A stretch of 64,000 nucleotides of DNA from Chrysomallon squamiferum (lineage: Eukaryota > Animalia > Mollusca). The DNA lies in contig CM022677.1 in NCBI GenBank assembly GCA_012295275.1, positions 20,956,001 through 21,020,000 on the forward strand, written 5' to 3'. This document shows positions 1 to 16,900 of the stretch, piece by piece. Position 1 is the stretch's first letter. Each line of letters begins with the position of its first letter. The notes beneath the pieces are model-generated. The model was not told the origin of the DNA. It made no database searches and was given only the letters and a program-made list of their open reading frames with translations. Made by a program: the position numbers and the translations under genes.

Positions 1-54
1 GTAAAGGTATAAAAACATATTTATTTTATTTTATTTATAATTTTGAGAGAGAGA

Positions 55-118
<64 letters not shown>

Positions 119-151
119 AAACATGAGTGAGTGATAATATTTTAATTATTA

Positions 152-199
<48 letters not shown>

Positions 200-561
200 G
201 TGTACGTGACTAAAAGCACACGTTCACTTTGTATCTTGTTTTCCTTTTGTACGGTTTATTTATATATCTGCTATAAAGACACGATACCCGCCAGTTCACT
301 ATTCAAGTTCAAAAGTGATTTATGTTTTGCCGTTGAAATGTATGATCTTTGTCTGTTCCTCTACCAGCGAGTTGGTGTGTATATTATTATAACATGTGTG
401 ACAAACATTTATAACATTCACTAATCTGTACAAATTATACTAAGATTTTTTTATTTCTGTTTATTTTATCATAAACATATAAATCTTTAAAGAGTTTTTT
501 TTTCTTCTTGTTAGAAAAGTTTCGCTAAAAATTTAAATTTTACGCCCCTTCTTTCTGTCAG

Positions 562-693
562 TTGGTATCGTCCTCTCACCGAGAGTCATCTGTCAAAACC
601 GGATTCTCCGCACAAACTGGGACGAAAATAAACTGGGACGAAAATAAAAGAAATTTTGTTCAAGTGATAAATGTTTCATTTCGATATTCAAAG
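562..693 (+). promoter_or_regulatory. Putative non-coding 5' exon / promoter module of TRIM-like gene 1
   Basis: CCCC tract followed by TCAGTT (Inr-like, or an AG acceptor) and an AAG|GTAAGA donor at 694. Homologous modules precede the other TRIM paralogs (11493-11631, 12871-12986, ~27601, 32511-32648). Confidence 0.55.
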
Positions 694-1218
694 GTAAGAA
701 CATGTTTTACTGTTATTGTTATTGTTGTTCTTATTCTAAGATATTTTAAAATAGAATTTTATTCTTTAGTTTATGCTCTTAAAATTTAGTAGACAATTGT
801 ATCGGTGTTTCACGCAATGATTACAGGGGAGGTCAGAGGTGGATAGAGGAAAGTAATGTCTGGTTATGGGCTGTAGCAATTTTCTGTCTCTAAGTCAATT
901 CCGCGAATATTTTATCAAAAGCCGTGATATGTGACTAGCAATATAAGGTACCCGTCCCATGACGTCAACAGATTTCTTTTCTTCCATTCTCTCTGACGTC
1001 ATAAACCATACGTACTGACTCTACAAAACTGTTCATTTAAAATGTGTTTAGTGCGACATCAATAAGTTTTGTCCTCACTATTCTGCAGAAATGTCATTTG
1101 TTTACGAAAGTTTTGAAATGTAAATTCATAATTGTTATTTTCAATATATATACTTCCATGAAGATCAAGTTTCTTTTATTGCACTCATAATAATAATAAT
1201 AACAACAACAACAACAAC

Positions 1219-1295
<77 letters not shown>

Positions 1296-1567
1296 TAATA
1301 ATAATAATAAAAGCAAGAAATTGTCAAAGAATTGAAACACTTTTGTTTCTTCTTTCTTGATTGTTTTTAAAAGTTACACTACTCAGATTTAGCAGTCAAT
1401 GGTAGGAAGATGATCAGTGTTTTGTAACCACAATGGTCAAAATTTATTTCTTATTACTTAATTTTTCTTTTACATATTTATTAATTTATTTTCTGTTACT
1501 TCAAAGAAAACTGGATAACATATTTAGTTATTTATTTGGATAAAATTACTATTGTTTTTATTATCAA

Positions 1568-1606
<39 letters not shown>

Positions 1607-1711
1607 GTTCGTTTCATTTCATTTATTTCTTTTCTGTCCGCCATTGTAAATGTGTCTGTGTGATTTAGTAACAACTGTAAGATTATCATGAGTTAGTATA
1701 GTTAAAGGAAA

Positions 1712-1826
<115 letters not shown>

Positions 1827-2536
1827 CTTTGTTTCTGTTCTTAAGTAAACTTGTTTATCTCCAGGTAATAAACTTAGTACATCGTTAGTGTTGACAAAAC
1901 AGATTAGAGGGTCGTGATATCACTGAAACTTATTTGAATAACAAGTTAAGTATGCACAAGCTAAACAGAGATAACAAATAGTTCAAACCATGGTCATATT
2001 TTATCTGTGTCAGTCACGCGGTCAGTGGATTGTTAGAAATATTTGATATCAGTATCAGCTCTGTACCCTGATTAAATCCTTCAGACAGAGCGCTGTTGTT
2101 ACCAGATTTGTTGTACAGAAACTGATTTTTTCATTTTTTTTTTCCGTATGTAGCATGATAAGTAACCGTTAAATTGTCCATTGTATTGGTATTAACAGTG
2201 TTAACAGTATTAACAACAGTAGTAGCAGTAATAGCAATAGCAATAGTTGTTGTTTTGTTGTTCTTGTGTGTAAACTGTAATGCAAGTTAACAGCAGCGGC
2301 AATATTATACGTAGCAGTGGTTCGAATAAGAAAATATATAAATACCACACGTTATTTAAACACAGTCGGACCTGGCTGTCTTATTTCATGTTAAAGAGAA
2401 AAGATTAATAATAGTTTCAATTGACTAAACAAGGCCATGGTTTGAAACTGTTATACCTCACCTGAGTTTTATCTCCATCACGAGATGGCCCAAGTTCTCT
2501 TAAGCGGGTACATCAGATCACGTATTTGTGTGTTTG

Positions 2537-2773
2537 CAGTGATGTACCAACAGGGTGGGGCCGAACTGGCGGTGGCTCCGAGCATTCAAATGACAGCTGG
2601 TATCATTTGGTGAAAACAACTTAGTAAATTTGGTTGATTTATATTTAATCGAATAAAGTGTTTATTTTCTGTTTCATCATAATATTTCTCAGTACTAGGC
2701 CATATATTTGAGTCGCTGGGGCATACAGTCAAAGAGTTGGTCCTGGGCATCACCAGACCTCTGCACGCCACTG
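2537..2773. mobile_element. Degenerate non-autonomous DNA transposon (MITE), hAT-like
   Basis: Left end CAGTGATGTAC and right end reverse complement CAGTGGCGTGC form imperfect TIRs. Flanks TGTGTTTG (2529-2536) and CGTGTTTG (2774-2781) form an 8-bp target-site duplication with one mismatch, a length typical of hAT elements. Confidence 0.55.
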
Positions 2774-2893
2774 CGTGTTTGTCTCATGTAACTGAAACCT
2801 GGTTTCCACAGCAATACATCCTGATTCCTCTTGTCTTTGTTAGAAAATATCGAACCAGGTAAGAACTCAATTTTGTTTTATACAAGTTGCATT

Positions 2894-3019
<126 letters not shown>

Positions 3020-3207
3020 ATCTCTCTCTCTCTCTCTCGTTTCGTTAAGATATGGTGATGATATATTTTCCGATCCTAGATTTACTTGTTTTTATATTAT
3101 TATTTATTAATTTGTATTTATTTATTTACTTAATTATAACTATTATTGTTGTTATTGTTGTCCTTATCATTATTAATAATATTGTTATTATTATTATTTT
3201 CACAGAT

Positions 3208-5080
3208 ATGGCTACAGGTACTGATGAAATGTCTTGCCGTCTGTGTTTCAACAATTTGAAAACACCGCGAGTTTTGACTTGCAAACACAGTTTCTGTACG
3301 CCCTGTCTTCTGGATTACTTCCAGACTTATTACCGAAAGAAGGACAATAACAAAGAAATCTTGTGTCCGTTTTGTATGAGTAGCGTTGTCATTCCAAACA
3401 GAACGAAACCAGTGCAAACATGGGCAGCTCAGTTTCCTCTAAACATTTCACTAGTGGAGGCTATTAACAGATCAAAGTCTGGTGAGTCAGCAGTGTTGTG
3501 TTTAGATACAGTGATTTTTTAACTAATAACATTTATGTCGTTTATTAACCATTGTAGCAGGCTCATAAAGAAAACAAATCCTATAAAATATTTCTGATAA
3601 AATAGCATTATCATTATTATTTTAATTTTCTTTCTTTTTTATTTTCTTAATTTGTTTACTTTTTATTTTTTGTTTTATATTTACTTTCATTTCAGTTCCT
3701 AGAAAACGAAAGGCTGAGGAAATTTCTACGAGAGTCAAAAAAACAAAAGACACAGGCACACACATAGATACACAGACAGACAAACTCAAACCCACAGACA
3801 CCATTAACACGAAGAAACAACATACAGACACAAAAATAAATAGACAGACAGACAAACTCAAACCCACAGACACCATTAACACGAAGAAACAACATACAGA
3901 CACAAAAATAAATAGACAGACAGACAAACTCAAACCCACAGACACCATTAACACGAAGAAACAACATACAGACACAAAAATAAATAGACAGACAGACAAA
4001 CTCAAACCCACAGACACCATTAACACGAAGAAACAACATACAGACACAAAAATAAATAGACAGACAGACAAACTCAAACCCACAGACACCATTAACACGA
4101 AGAAACAACATACGGACACAAGAATAAATAGACAGACAGACAAACTCAAACACACAGACACCATTAACACGAAGAAACAGCATACAGACACAAAAATAAA
4201 TAGACAGACAGACAAACTCAAACACACAGACACCATTAACACGAAGAAACAACATACGGACACAAGAATAAATAGACAGACAGACAAACTCAAACACACA
4301 GACACCATTAACACGAAAACACCAAAGGATATGTTAGATCCTTGGCTATTCTCCATCCTGGTGTCAGTTGAGGACAACAGTAAAATTGTTGTCAGTGATT
4401 TGCATAATAACTGCATAAAACGTTTTTGTTTAAAAAACAAATCAGTAATAAACAGGTATGAAACTCGTTCTTCACCACGTGGTCTTATAGAAATACGTTG
4501 TCAGCAGGGTGTTGTTGCAGCCGTTGTTCTTCTGCCACTTAACTATGAAATAGTGTTTATCAATTTGGAAAATTTCAAACTGATCGAAACTGTTGAAACT
4601 GAAAAACAGTATCGGCACGTAGCTGTGTTACACCGCAACCGTCTGGCAGTCACTACTGGTCAGAACCTGGACATATTGACAGAGAGTGGTCAGCACATTA
4701 ATTCTATCTCACAACATTTGATTCCCAGACCTTCCCATCTCACCGTTCACAATCAATGTATTATTGTTGCGTCAGAAAGAAAAAATGGAAGCAGTTTATT
4801 TTGTGTGACGTCATCAGGTGACGTCAGATGGGAGGCACATGATTCAGAGAGACTGAGAGACTTGAGAGGTGTTACATGTGACAGAGAGGGAAATATCTTT
4901 GTCTGTGATTTTAGTAGAAATTGTGTTGTTCAGTTGTCACGAGACGGAAAAATCGTACGTGACATCCTCACTGACCAGGATGGATTATCTGGACCTTTGT
5001 CTGTTTGCTGTCGTACTAACAAATTGTACGTGGGACAGAACAACGGAGATATCAAAGTATTTACTTGGTGTAAAATGTAA
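3208..5080 (+). CDS. TRIM-like RING-NHL protein 1 (RING-HC, basic NLS-like motif, 24-aa tandem repeat, NHL-type beta-propeller; no B-box or coiled coil), ~552 aa
   Basis: join(3208..3481,3696..5080). Acceptor cacag at 3205, donor G|GTGAGT at 3482, acceptor ttcag at 3695, phase 1 and in frame with ORF 4331..5080. RING: CRLC..TPRVLTCKHSFCTPC..CPFC. NHL-type motifs: LRGVTCDREGNIFVCDFSRNCVVQLSRDGKIVRDIL, GLSGPLSVCC. Confidence 0.85.
3768..4320 (+). repeat. Coding 72-bp minisatellite, ~7.6 copies (TDKLK[P/H]TDTINTKKQHTDT[K/R]INRQ)
   Basis: CAAACTCAAA recurs at 3781, 3853, 3925, 3997, 4069, 4141, 4213 and 4285 (period 72). The repeat is stop-free in the TRIM frame. Confidence 0.95.
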
Positions 5081-5174
5081 ACTTCAAACTATCTGCTAAG
5101 TCAGTTTCAGCTTAACTGTTTAGGAATTAAAAGTCAGCAGACTTACATGAACTGGTAAATAAACAGAAAACCAG

Positions 5175-5218
<44 letters not shown>

Positions 5219-5437
5219 TGTATGCCTTTATTACTACATGTCCTAAAGTTAATGAAATATAAAACTGAATTTCACTTTACCTAAAAACTAAATTCTTAAG
5301 TCATTATTTCATTTAAATTTGTTTCGTAAAGTGTATGTCTGATTCTTTGTACAATGTAATTAAAGAGTATAATACGTAATAAATATGAACATTAAGATAC
5401 AAAAGCATTGATTTCTATTTTACATATTTGAGTATAT

Positions 5438-5468
<31 letters not shown>

Positions 5469-5545
5469 TTAACAGGTCATACAAATTAGTTTTCTTGGGG
5501 GATTCCTAGCTTAATGCAAATCCTCTTCTTCTTCTTTTTCTTCTT

Positions 5546-5576
<31 letters not shown>

Positions 5577-5586
5577 TTATTATTAC

Positions 5587-5633
<47 letters not shown>

Positions 5634-5808
5634 GCATTATTGTTATTAAATGGCATATTTTATAATATTTCTCTTCACGGATATGAAGGATGCTCTTTGT
5701 TTCCACTCGTTCAAGTGGAACAAGGAAATAAATTGTTGCACGTCTTCTTATATTGAACTGAAATCAGTCTGAAACTGTTTTTAAACCAGAGCAGATTACA
5801 AAACAGAA

Positions 5809-5880
<72 letters not shown>

Positions 5881-6269
5881 TAAAGAAAACAAGAACAAAA
5901 TAAGAGAATAAAGAATCAAAGTAAGATAGGTCACCAGAAAGGTAGATGTATATAGATATAGATATACATATATATATACAAACATACATTAACTCCTACA
6001 TAACAACACAAGAAATATACATATATATCTATTGAATAATACGTCGTTCATTCATTCTATATCAGCAATTTCGATCCCCGAACCGTTGAGTCTCACATTT
6101 CGCCATCACAGTCTGATTGTTGTATCAGATGAAACAAATGTAAACTTTCATTAAAACCTGGTACTGGTTATTTCTTAGGGGATCCCTAGCATATTGAAAT
6201 GTTTTTCTTTCCGATTCATCGTCTTCTTCTTCAGAATTAACTGATTCAAAAAATCAATGAATTAAAATA

Positions 6270-9870
<3,601 letters not shown>

Positions 9871-10040
9871 AACTATATCAATATCTTTCACACAAATAAA
9901 TCAGTTTTACTTTAAACACGAATAATAATAATAAGAACAAGAACAATAATAATAAAGTCAGAGACACACGTTTTATTTAGTCAACTAATAAATTGTACAG
10001 GGTGTCCCATAAAATTCCATACATATGAAAAATAAATGTT

Positions 10041-10080
<40 letters not shown>

Positions 10081-10243
10081 TTTTGTTTAATTTTATTTTT
10101 TTATTATATAAAATATATAATACATAGATAGCAAAACAAAAAAATATTTTTATTATTGTTGTTGTTGTTATTATTACTATTGTTATTATTACTACTATTA
10201 TTATTATTATTACTATTATTTTTACTACTACTACTACTACTAC

Positions 10244-10276
<33 letters not shown>

Positions 10277-10527
10277 GTGCACTTGACTATATATGATGCG
10301 TTTGCTTCTACAAACCAGTTGCTCTGTCTGTTATTAATACAGGCTGTAAGATAGATTTTGAGTTAATAATTTTTTTCACTCGTATCTATGTTTGTTAATA
10401 AAACATAATCTTATCTTTATCTCCAATCGTGGTGTTTATTTATAAATCTTACAAACATATGACATTCGCCATTTTCTATTCATGTTTAAAAGACTACCAC
10501 ACCATGATGACATATTTAGTAACAATA

Positions 10528-10566
<39 letters not shown>

Positions 10567-10783
10567 TACTGCCTTTGTTACAAAAACTGTGCTACCTAGT
10601 TGGTATTTATTTGAACAGTTATAAATAAAATTAACTATTTAAAAGTAAACAAATAAAAAGAAAGAATACACACATATATGCGCATGTATTCAGATAAACG
10701 GATATACATACACACATGGGTAGAAATATATTGTCCGTCTGTGTGACTGTGTGTGCCTGTGTCTGAATGTGTGTGTGTGTGTA

Positions 10784-10882
<99 letters not shown>

Positions 10883-11492
10883 AATGCTAAATGATGAACT
10901 GATGAGATACCTTGATACCTTTTTGATCGTGAATAAAAGTCTAAAAATAAATTTCATTACATTTACGTTTGTTCTAATTATACTTCCAGTTTGCGTATTA
11001 TTGTCATATTTTATTATTTTTAATATACATAATACTTAATAAATCGTATTTGCGTTCTGTCTAATTCACTAGTACAAACAGAAAATACAGATTTCACATG
11101 TGATGTTCAATGTATTACTTCAAACCATATTATCCTGTTATTTTTATTTATTTATTTATTTTATTTTATTATTTTATTTTACTTTAGTGTTTGTTGTTGT
11201 TTTGTTTTGTCTTGTTATTGTATAACTAAAATAAATAATGATATTATCCATGTACCTACCTTATATCTGTGTGCATTTTATTGCACATGTGCATGTGTGT
11301 GTCTGTTTGTGTGTATTTTTGTGTCTATATAATGCATCTATAAATACATTTTTCTTTTCATTTTTTTTCATTTATTTGATTTTTAAATAGAAAACCGAAT
11401 AATATTTGCCATTCTTTATTCCTGTTTATTTTCTCAAAAGAAAGAAATGTGTTATAGATGACTTGTAAGCTTACACCCCTTGTTTATTTCAG

Positions 11493-11631
11493 TTGGTATC
11501 TTCCTGTCACTGAGTGTCGTCTGTCAAAACCGGATTCTGCGCACAAACAACTTGAGTCACAAATCAAGATTGCAGACGAATACAAAAGAAAAGATTTCCA
11601 GGTGTTAAATTTTCCCTTTCCTAACAAAAAG
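11493..11631 (+). promoter_or_regulatory. Putative non-coding 5' exon module of TRIM-like gene 2
   Basis: CACCCC..TTTCAGTTGGTATC..AAAAAG|GTAAGA; near-identical to 32511-32648. A diverged second copy lies at 12871-12986. Confidence 0.55.
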
Positions 11632-11647
11632 GTAAGACATATTATTA

Positions 11648-11703
<56 letters not shown>

Positions 11704-12082
11704 TAAGATATTTTAAAATAAAACTTCGTTATTTAAGTTATGCTCTTAACAGAATTTCTGTACATACTTTTATGGGTGCTTTACGCACTGGTTAAAGTGG
11801 ACAGGTGTGGCTCAGAGGTTAGGTGAAAGAAGTTTCTGACTATGGGCTGTAGCGTTTTTCTTTCCTAAAATCAAATTCGCGATTATTTGGTTATTGAGAA
11901 AAGGTACCCGTTCAATGTCGTCATTTTTTATTTTTTTTTATTTAACTAATGATATTTATGTCCTGTATTAGACATTGTGGCAAGATCATAAAGAAATAGA
12001 AACAAATTATCTATAACGTTTTTCTACTTCGTTTTTAGTTCTGTCATATATTATTAATGATATAATTACTAGTTTTACTTTT

Positions 12083-12147
<65 letters not shown>

Positions 12148-13029
12148 CATTATTATTAGTAGTATTATTATTAATGTACTTTTAGTTGTTCTTGTTGTTG
12201 TTGTTTTTTTCTTTCTCTTCTTCTTCTGTTTTCTTGTTCGGCTTATTTATTATTGTAAGATTTTTTCAAAAATCAAATAAGCTTGCTTAGTTTGTTTTCT
12301 TAAGTGAATTTCTGTATATAAATCCGTATTTCTTTTTCACACTGATTAGACGGGTAGGCTGTGACTCAGTGATTACACAACGCTGTGTCATCGTTGGGTT
12401 ATACGTTTTATCCTTCTCAATGTCACTTTACTGTAACCACCAGATTTCATACAATACTTTATCAAACGACCTGATATGGGGTTATTATTATTATTTGTAT
12501 TATTTACCTGACTAAAAGCACTCGTTCATTTTGTATTGTGTTTGTTATTGGTACGGTTTATTTATATATCTGTTATCAAGACATGTTAGTCGCCAGTTCA
12601 TTGTTCAAGTTTGAATAAGATCTATGTTTGGATCGGAATGTATTAGCTGTGTCTGTTCTTCAATTAGCAGTGTCCTATGTATACAAGCGTTATAACATTT
12701 CATCGAATTTAATTTAGCATAAGAATGTACATTTTTCACGATTTGTATTCTCGAAAAGAGAGATAATTTATGTCTGATTTTGTAACTAAAACAAAAGTTA
12801 TTTTATAATATGTGTGTATTTGTGTGTTTGTGCAGAAAAGTACAGAGCTTAAACCCCTTCGATGTTTGAATTGGTATGTTCCTCAGACTGCGTGTCGTCT
12901 GACCACAGCCGTGATAGCAAATCGGAACTGCACACGAGTAGAGGAGAAACGCACAGTAGTTAAAAGTTTCATTTGTTAACACATAGGTAAGAACATTTTA
13001 TTATTATTGTTATGGTTATTATTATTATC

Positions 13030-13061
<32 letters not shown>

Positions 13062-14116
13062 AAATTTTGTTGTTCTTGTTGTTGTTGTTTTTCTTTCTTT
13101 TCTTCTTCTTCTTTTTCTTGTTCGGATTATTTATTATTGTAAGATTTTTTAAAAATCAAATAAGCTTGTTTAGGTTGTTTTCTTAAGTGAATTTCTGTAT
13201 ATAAATCCGTATTTGTTTTTCACAATGATTAGACGGGTAGGCTGTGACTCAGTAATTACACAAAGCTGTGTCATCGTTGTGTTATACGTTTTGTCCTTCT
13301 CAATGTCACTTTACTGTGACAACCAGATTTCTTACAATACTTTATCAAACGACGTGATATGGGGTTACGAAGAACAGCTACCCCACCGCTTTACGTCAAA
13401 GCATGTATTGTATTCTATTGTTTCAACTGCCTTACAATATAATATTACTATATGAATTGTGTTCGACCTAAATCAAATACTTTGATTTTATCGTTCAATA
13501 GCAATGTCATTCTTTCATTTTGAGACTTCTTTGAAACGTGATTCATAATTGCTATATTTAATACATGCACTTCTATGAATCCTGATTTCTTTTATTGCAC
13601 AATTTCGAGTTAATCTGATCAAGGGTCGAGTTTCCAAATACAATGATTTTTTTACTGAGTACCGAACAAACAGGTGTGCGAAATTGTCTTGCAGCAGTAA
13701 CGACATGTTACGTTTTAATTTATTATTATTATTATTATTATTGTTGTTGTTGTTATTATTCTTATTATTATTCTTCTTCTTATTATTATTATTGTTGTTG
13801 TTGTTATTTTATGTACCTGTTTATTCATATATCTAGTGAAACTGACTTTCACTTCTATTTCCTTTTAAATCTGTGTACAAGTTGCAGTAGAAAAGTCATT
13901 TTGGATCTCAAATCTAAAGTGTTAACTTCGGAAATGTGTTATTTATTTTAGTAAATATATATGTACACAAATACAAAACAAATCATTGATCTAGTACATT
14001 CATTAGTCAAATTAATCATTTAATTCTTTCCATTTACCATTATCATTTTACCGTAGGTCAAGTTGTATGTCCAAACTTTTGTTTTATACATTGCTCTTTG
14101 TTTTCTCTTAAGTTTT

Positions 14117-14234
<118 letters not shown>

Positions 14235-14562
14235 TCTATCTCTCTATCTCTCTCTGTTTTTTTCTTCTTTGTATTCTCTGTTACTGCTAATTTTTATTAT
14301 TGCTATTGTTTTCATTATTATTATTATTTTTATTATTATTGTTGTTGTTGTTGTTGTTGTTCTTCTTCTTCTTCTTCTTCTTATTATTATTATTTTGTTT
14401 TCTTGTTATAGATATTTATTTATCAATCTACCTATCTATTAAAATTAATTATGTTAATTTTAATTATTTTAATTTATTTTTGTTATGTTCACAGATATGG
14501 TAACAGGTTCAAGATCCAAACAGCAAATGTAAAGTTACCTTTGTTCAGAATTGTTCAACAAA

Positions 14563-15384
14563 ATGGACACACTCAAACACACTGATACCATTGACACGAA
14601 AACACAAGAAGATACAAGAACACCTTTAGTTCAGTCAGTTCTGGTTTTAAGTCAGGACAACACTAAAATCGTGGTTAGTGATCATAGCAATAAATGTGTA
14701 AAATGTTTGTGTTTGAAAAGAAAATCAGTAATAAAAAAACATGTATGTTCATCTCCACCCTGGGGTCTTGCTGAATCACATGATCATGAGGCTGTCGTTG
14801 TTGTTCAGTCTGGTGAAAAAAAATTACTGTTTTTAAATTGGAAAGACTTCCAACTGATTAAAACCGTTACAACTAACAAAGACTATTTCTATATCGCTAT
14901 GTTACCCAGCAACCGTCTAGCGGTCACTGGGGGAAGGGGTCATTACATAGATGTACTAACAGACAGTGGTCAGCTCATTAATTCCATCTCTGGAGATTTG
15001 ATCCACGGACCCTGGTTTCTCACAGTACACGATCAAAGTCTGATTGCTTTTTCAGAGTTTAAGAACAGTCTAGTTTGCGTGACGTCATCAGGTGACGTCA
15101 ATTGGATGTCATACGAATCAGACAAACTTCGAGGCGACTTTAGAGGTATTGCATGTGACCAGGAGGGTGATATTTTTGTTTGTGATATTAACAATCATCG
15201 CGTTGTTCATCTGTCACAAAAAGGAAAATTTATACGTCATATCCTCACCAGGCAGGATGGTTTGTCCGCACCTTGGTCTATCTGTTGTCATGAAAATATG
15301 TTGTGCGTGGCACAGTACAGTGGAGAAATAAAAATATTTTCCTGGTCGAAAGCTAAGGTTCTACCTGAGCGAGTACATTTGTAA
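14563..15384 (+). CDS. NHL-only derivative of a TRIM-like gene (273 aa from Met 14563), RING and coiled coil deleted; possibly a pseudogene
   Basis: Acceptor at 14494. Ancestral ATG 14497 reads MVTGSRSKQQM* (TAA 14530), then in-frame SYLC (RING remnant) fused to MDTLKHTDTIDTK. The uninterrupted NHL region (FRGIACDQEGDIFVCDINNHRVV..GLSAPWSICC) is nearly identical to 36090-36900. Confidence 0.7.
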   Translation: MDTLKHTDTIDTKTQEDTRTPLVQSVLVLSQDNTKIVVSDHSNKCVKCLCLKRKSVIKKHVCSSPPWGLAESHDHEAVVVVQSGEKKLLFLNWKDFQLIKTVTTNKDYFYIAMLPSNRLAVTGGRGHYIDVLTDSGQLINSISGDLIHGPWFLTVHDQSLIAFSEFKNSLVCVTSSGDVNWMSYESDKLRGDFRGIACDQEGDIFVCDINNHRVVHLSQKGKFIRHILTRQDGLSAPWSICCHENMLCVAQYSGEIKIFSWSKAKVLPERVHL

Positions 15385-16357
15385 ATGTTTGGGTGTTCAG
15401 AACACATAATAACTTTAAAAGTAATTTTTTTTTTTTTTTGTTTTTTTATCTATCAGTATTCTTGCTTTGGAGTAATTGTTTCACACGAAGTTTCCGAATG
15501 CCGAGAGGAAGGGGTTCTATTTTGTTCTCAACCATCTACTATGAAAACTAGTACTAATAATACTGTTACCAATGGCATCGCTGCTGCAATTGGTAGTTCT
15601 ACTCCTGCTACTATTTATGTATTAAGTATAATAATTTTAATATAGAAATGCTAGATATACAGACGCACATATATATGTATTCTTTGAGTCCGGGGTTTTC
15701 ACTGTAATAAATATAAATGAAAACTCGGAATCTCCGACAAGCAGATCTGCGCGGCCCGCCATTTCCCTTTAAGGAAAACGAAGAACAAGGGAGAGAACCT
15801 TGAAACTTTGGGCTAGCTTTGGTAAGCTTCTGACAATATACTTATCTCCCTTGTTTTTTGTGGGTTTTGTTTTGGTATAGTCCTTGTGTAGTGTATTATT
15901 AATGGGTTATCTGTTTACTGTATATACAATAATTTATAATTTATATTAATTTAGTTACTTGATTGTACCGTGTCCGATGATCGATCCTCTTTCTAACTAC
16001 GATTCTGTGACTGATTCTGTATTTCACCTTAGGCTTCCCCCAATGTAAATTATTTAGTTGCTTTCATTTTCTTATAAATGCTTGTAAAGTAATAAACAAA
16101 TCAAGCTGTACTCGTTTTGATGTGTTATTTATATAGTCAGTGTATTATACCATCACAATGTATGTGAATGTGTGTGTTGCAGACGTATAGAGGAGAAATT
16201 TACAGTAGTTAAAATGTTGTCTTCTTGTCTCATACTGCTGTGGGTATGTGTGTGTTTGTATGTGTGTGTTTGTGTGTGTGTGTATGTGTCTGTTTGTGCT
16301 GTGCTTGTATACAAAAACTCAGAAAAAATTCTCAAGTTAAGACGATAAATTAACAAA

Positions 16358-16388
<31 letters not shown>

Positions 16389-16401
16389 CAATAACAATAA
16401 C

Positions 16402-16456
<55 letters not shown>

Positions 16457-16856
16457 GTAACGATAACATTAATAATGATAAAAGTAATAATCATAAACAC
16501 ATACACATACGAAAACGTACATTAGCAGGCAATCGTTTATCATTTAAATACGAAATATTACAAAATTGTTATGTATCTTTCTTTAAACAAAAAGAGTAGA
16601 TTTTATAAATTTTGGTTAGTGGGAGAAGTTATAAAAGACTGAGTCGACAGCGACTGCACTACTCAGGTTGAACATGCTTTTTTTTCTTTCTGTTTTTCAG
16701 TAGGTAGAAATTTTAAGTTCTTGTAGTGTTAATGTCTTCCGAATATTATTTAAGTCGTTTAAAACAAGAACAACAAGAACAAAAAAGTAATAAATAAATA
16801 AATCACACACATACATATCTGTCTATCTTTCTATCTGTCTATCTGTCTGTCAATCA

Positions 16857-16900
<44 letters not shown>

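Noticed and set aside
3622-4440. Hydrophobic Cys-rich minus-strand ORFs (272 aa and 201 aa)
   Set aside because: Antisense shadows of the 72-bp coding repeat; the plus frame links RING to NHL through canonical splice sites.
4806-4827. Double TGACGTCA (CRE) palindrome present in all four NHL regions
   Set aside because: Explained by codons of the conserved peptide CVTSSGDV and shared ancestry; no independent evidence for regulation.
13213-13455. ORF pair conserved with 33273..33515 (likewise 6688/9221 and 7904/24163)
   Set aside because: Similarity reflects recent segmental duplication; they are short, mostly start at non-ATG codons, and show no recognisable domain or splice support.
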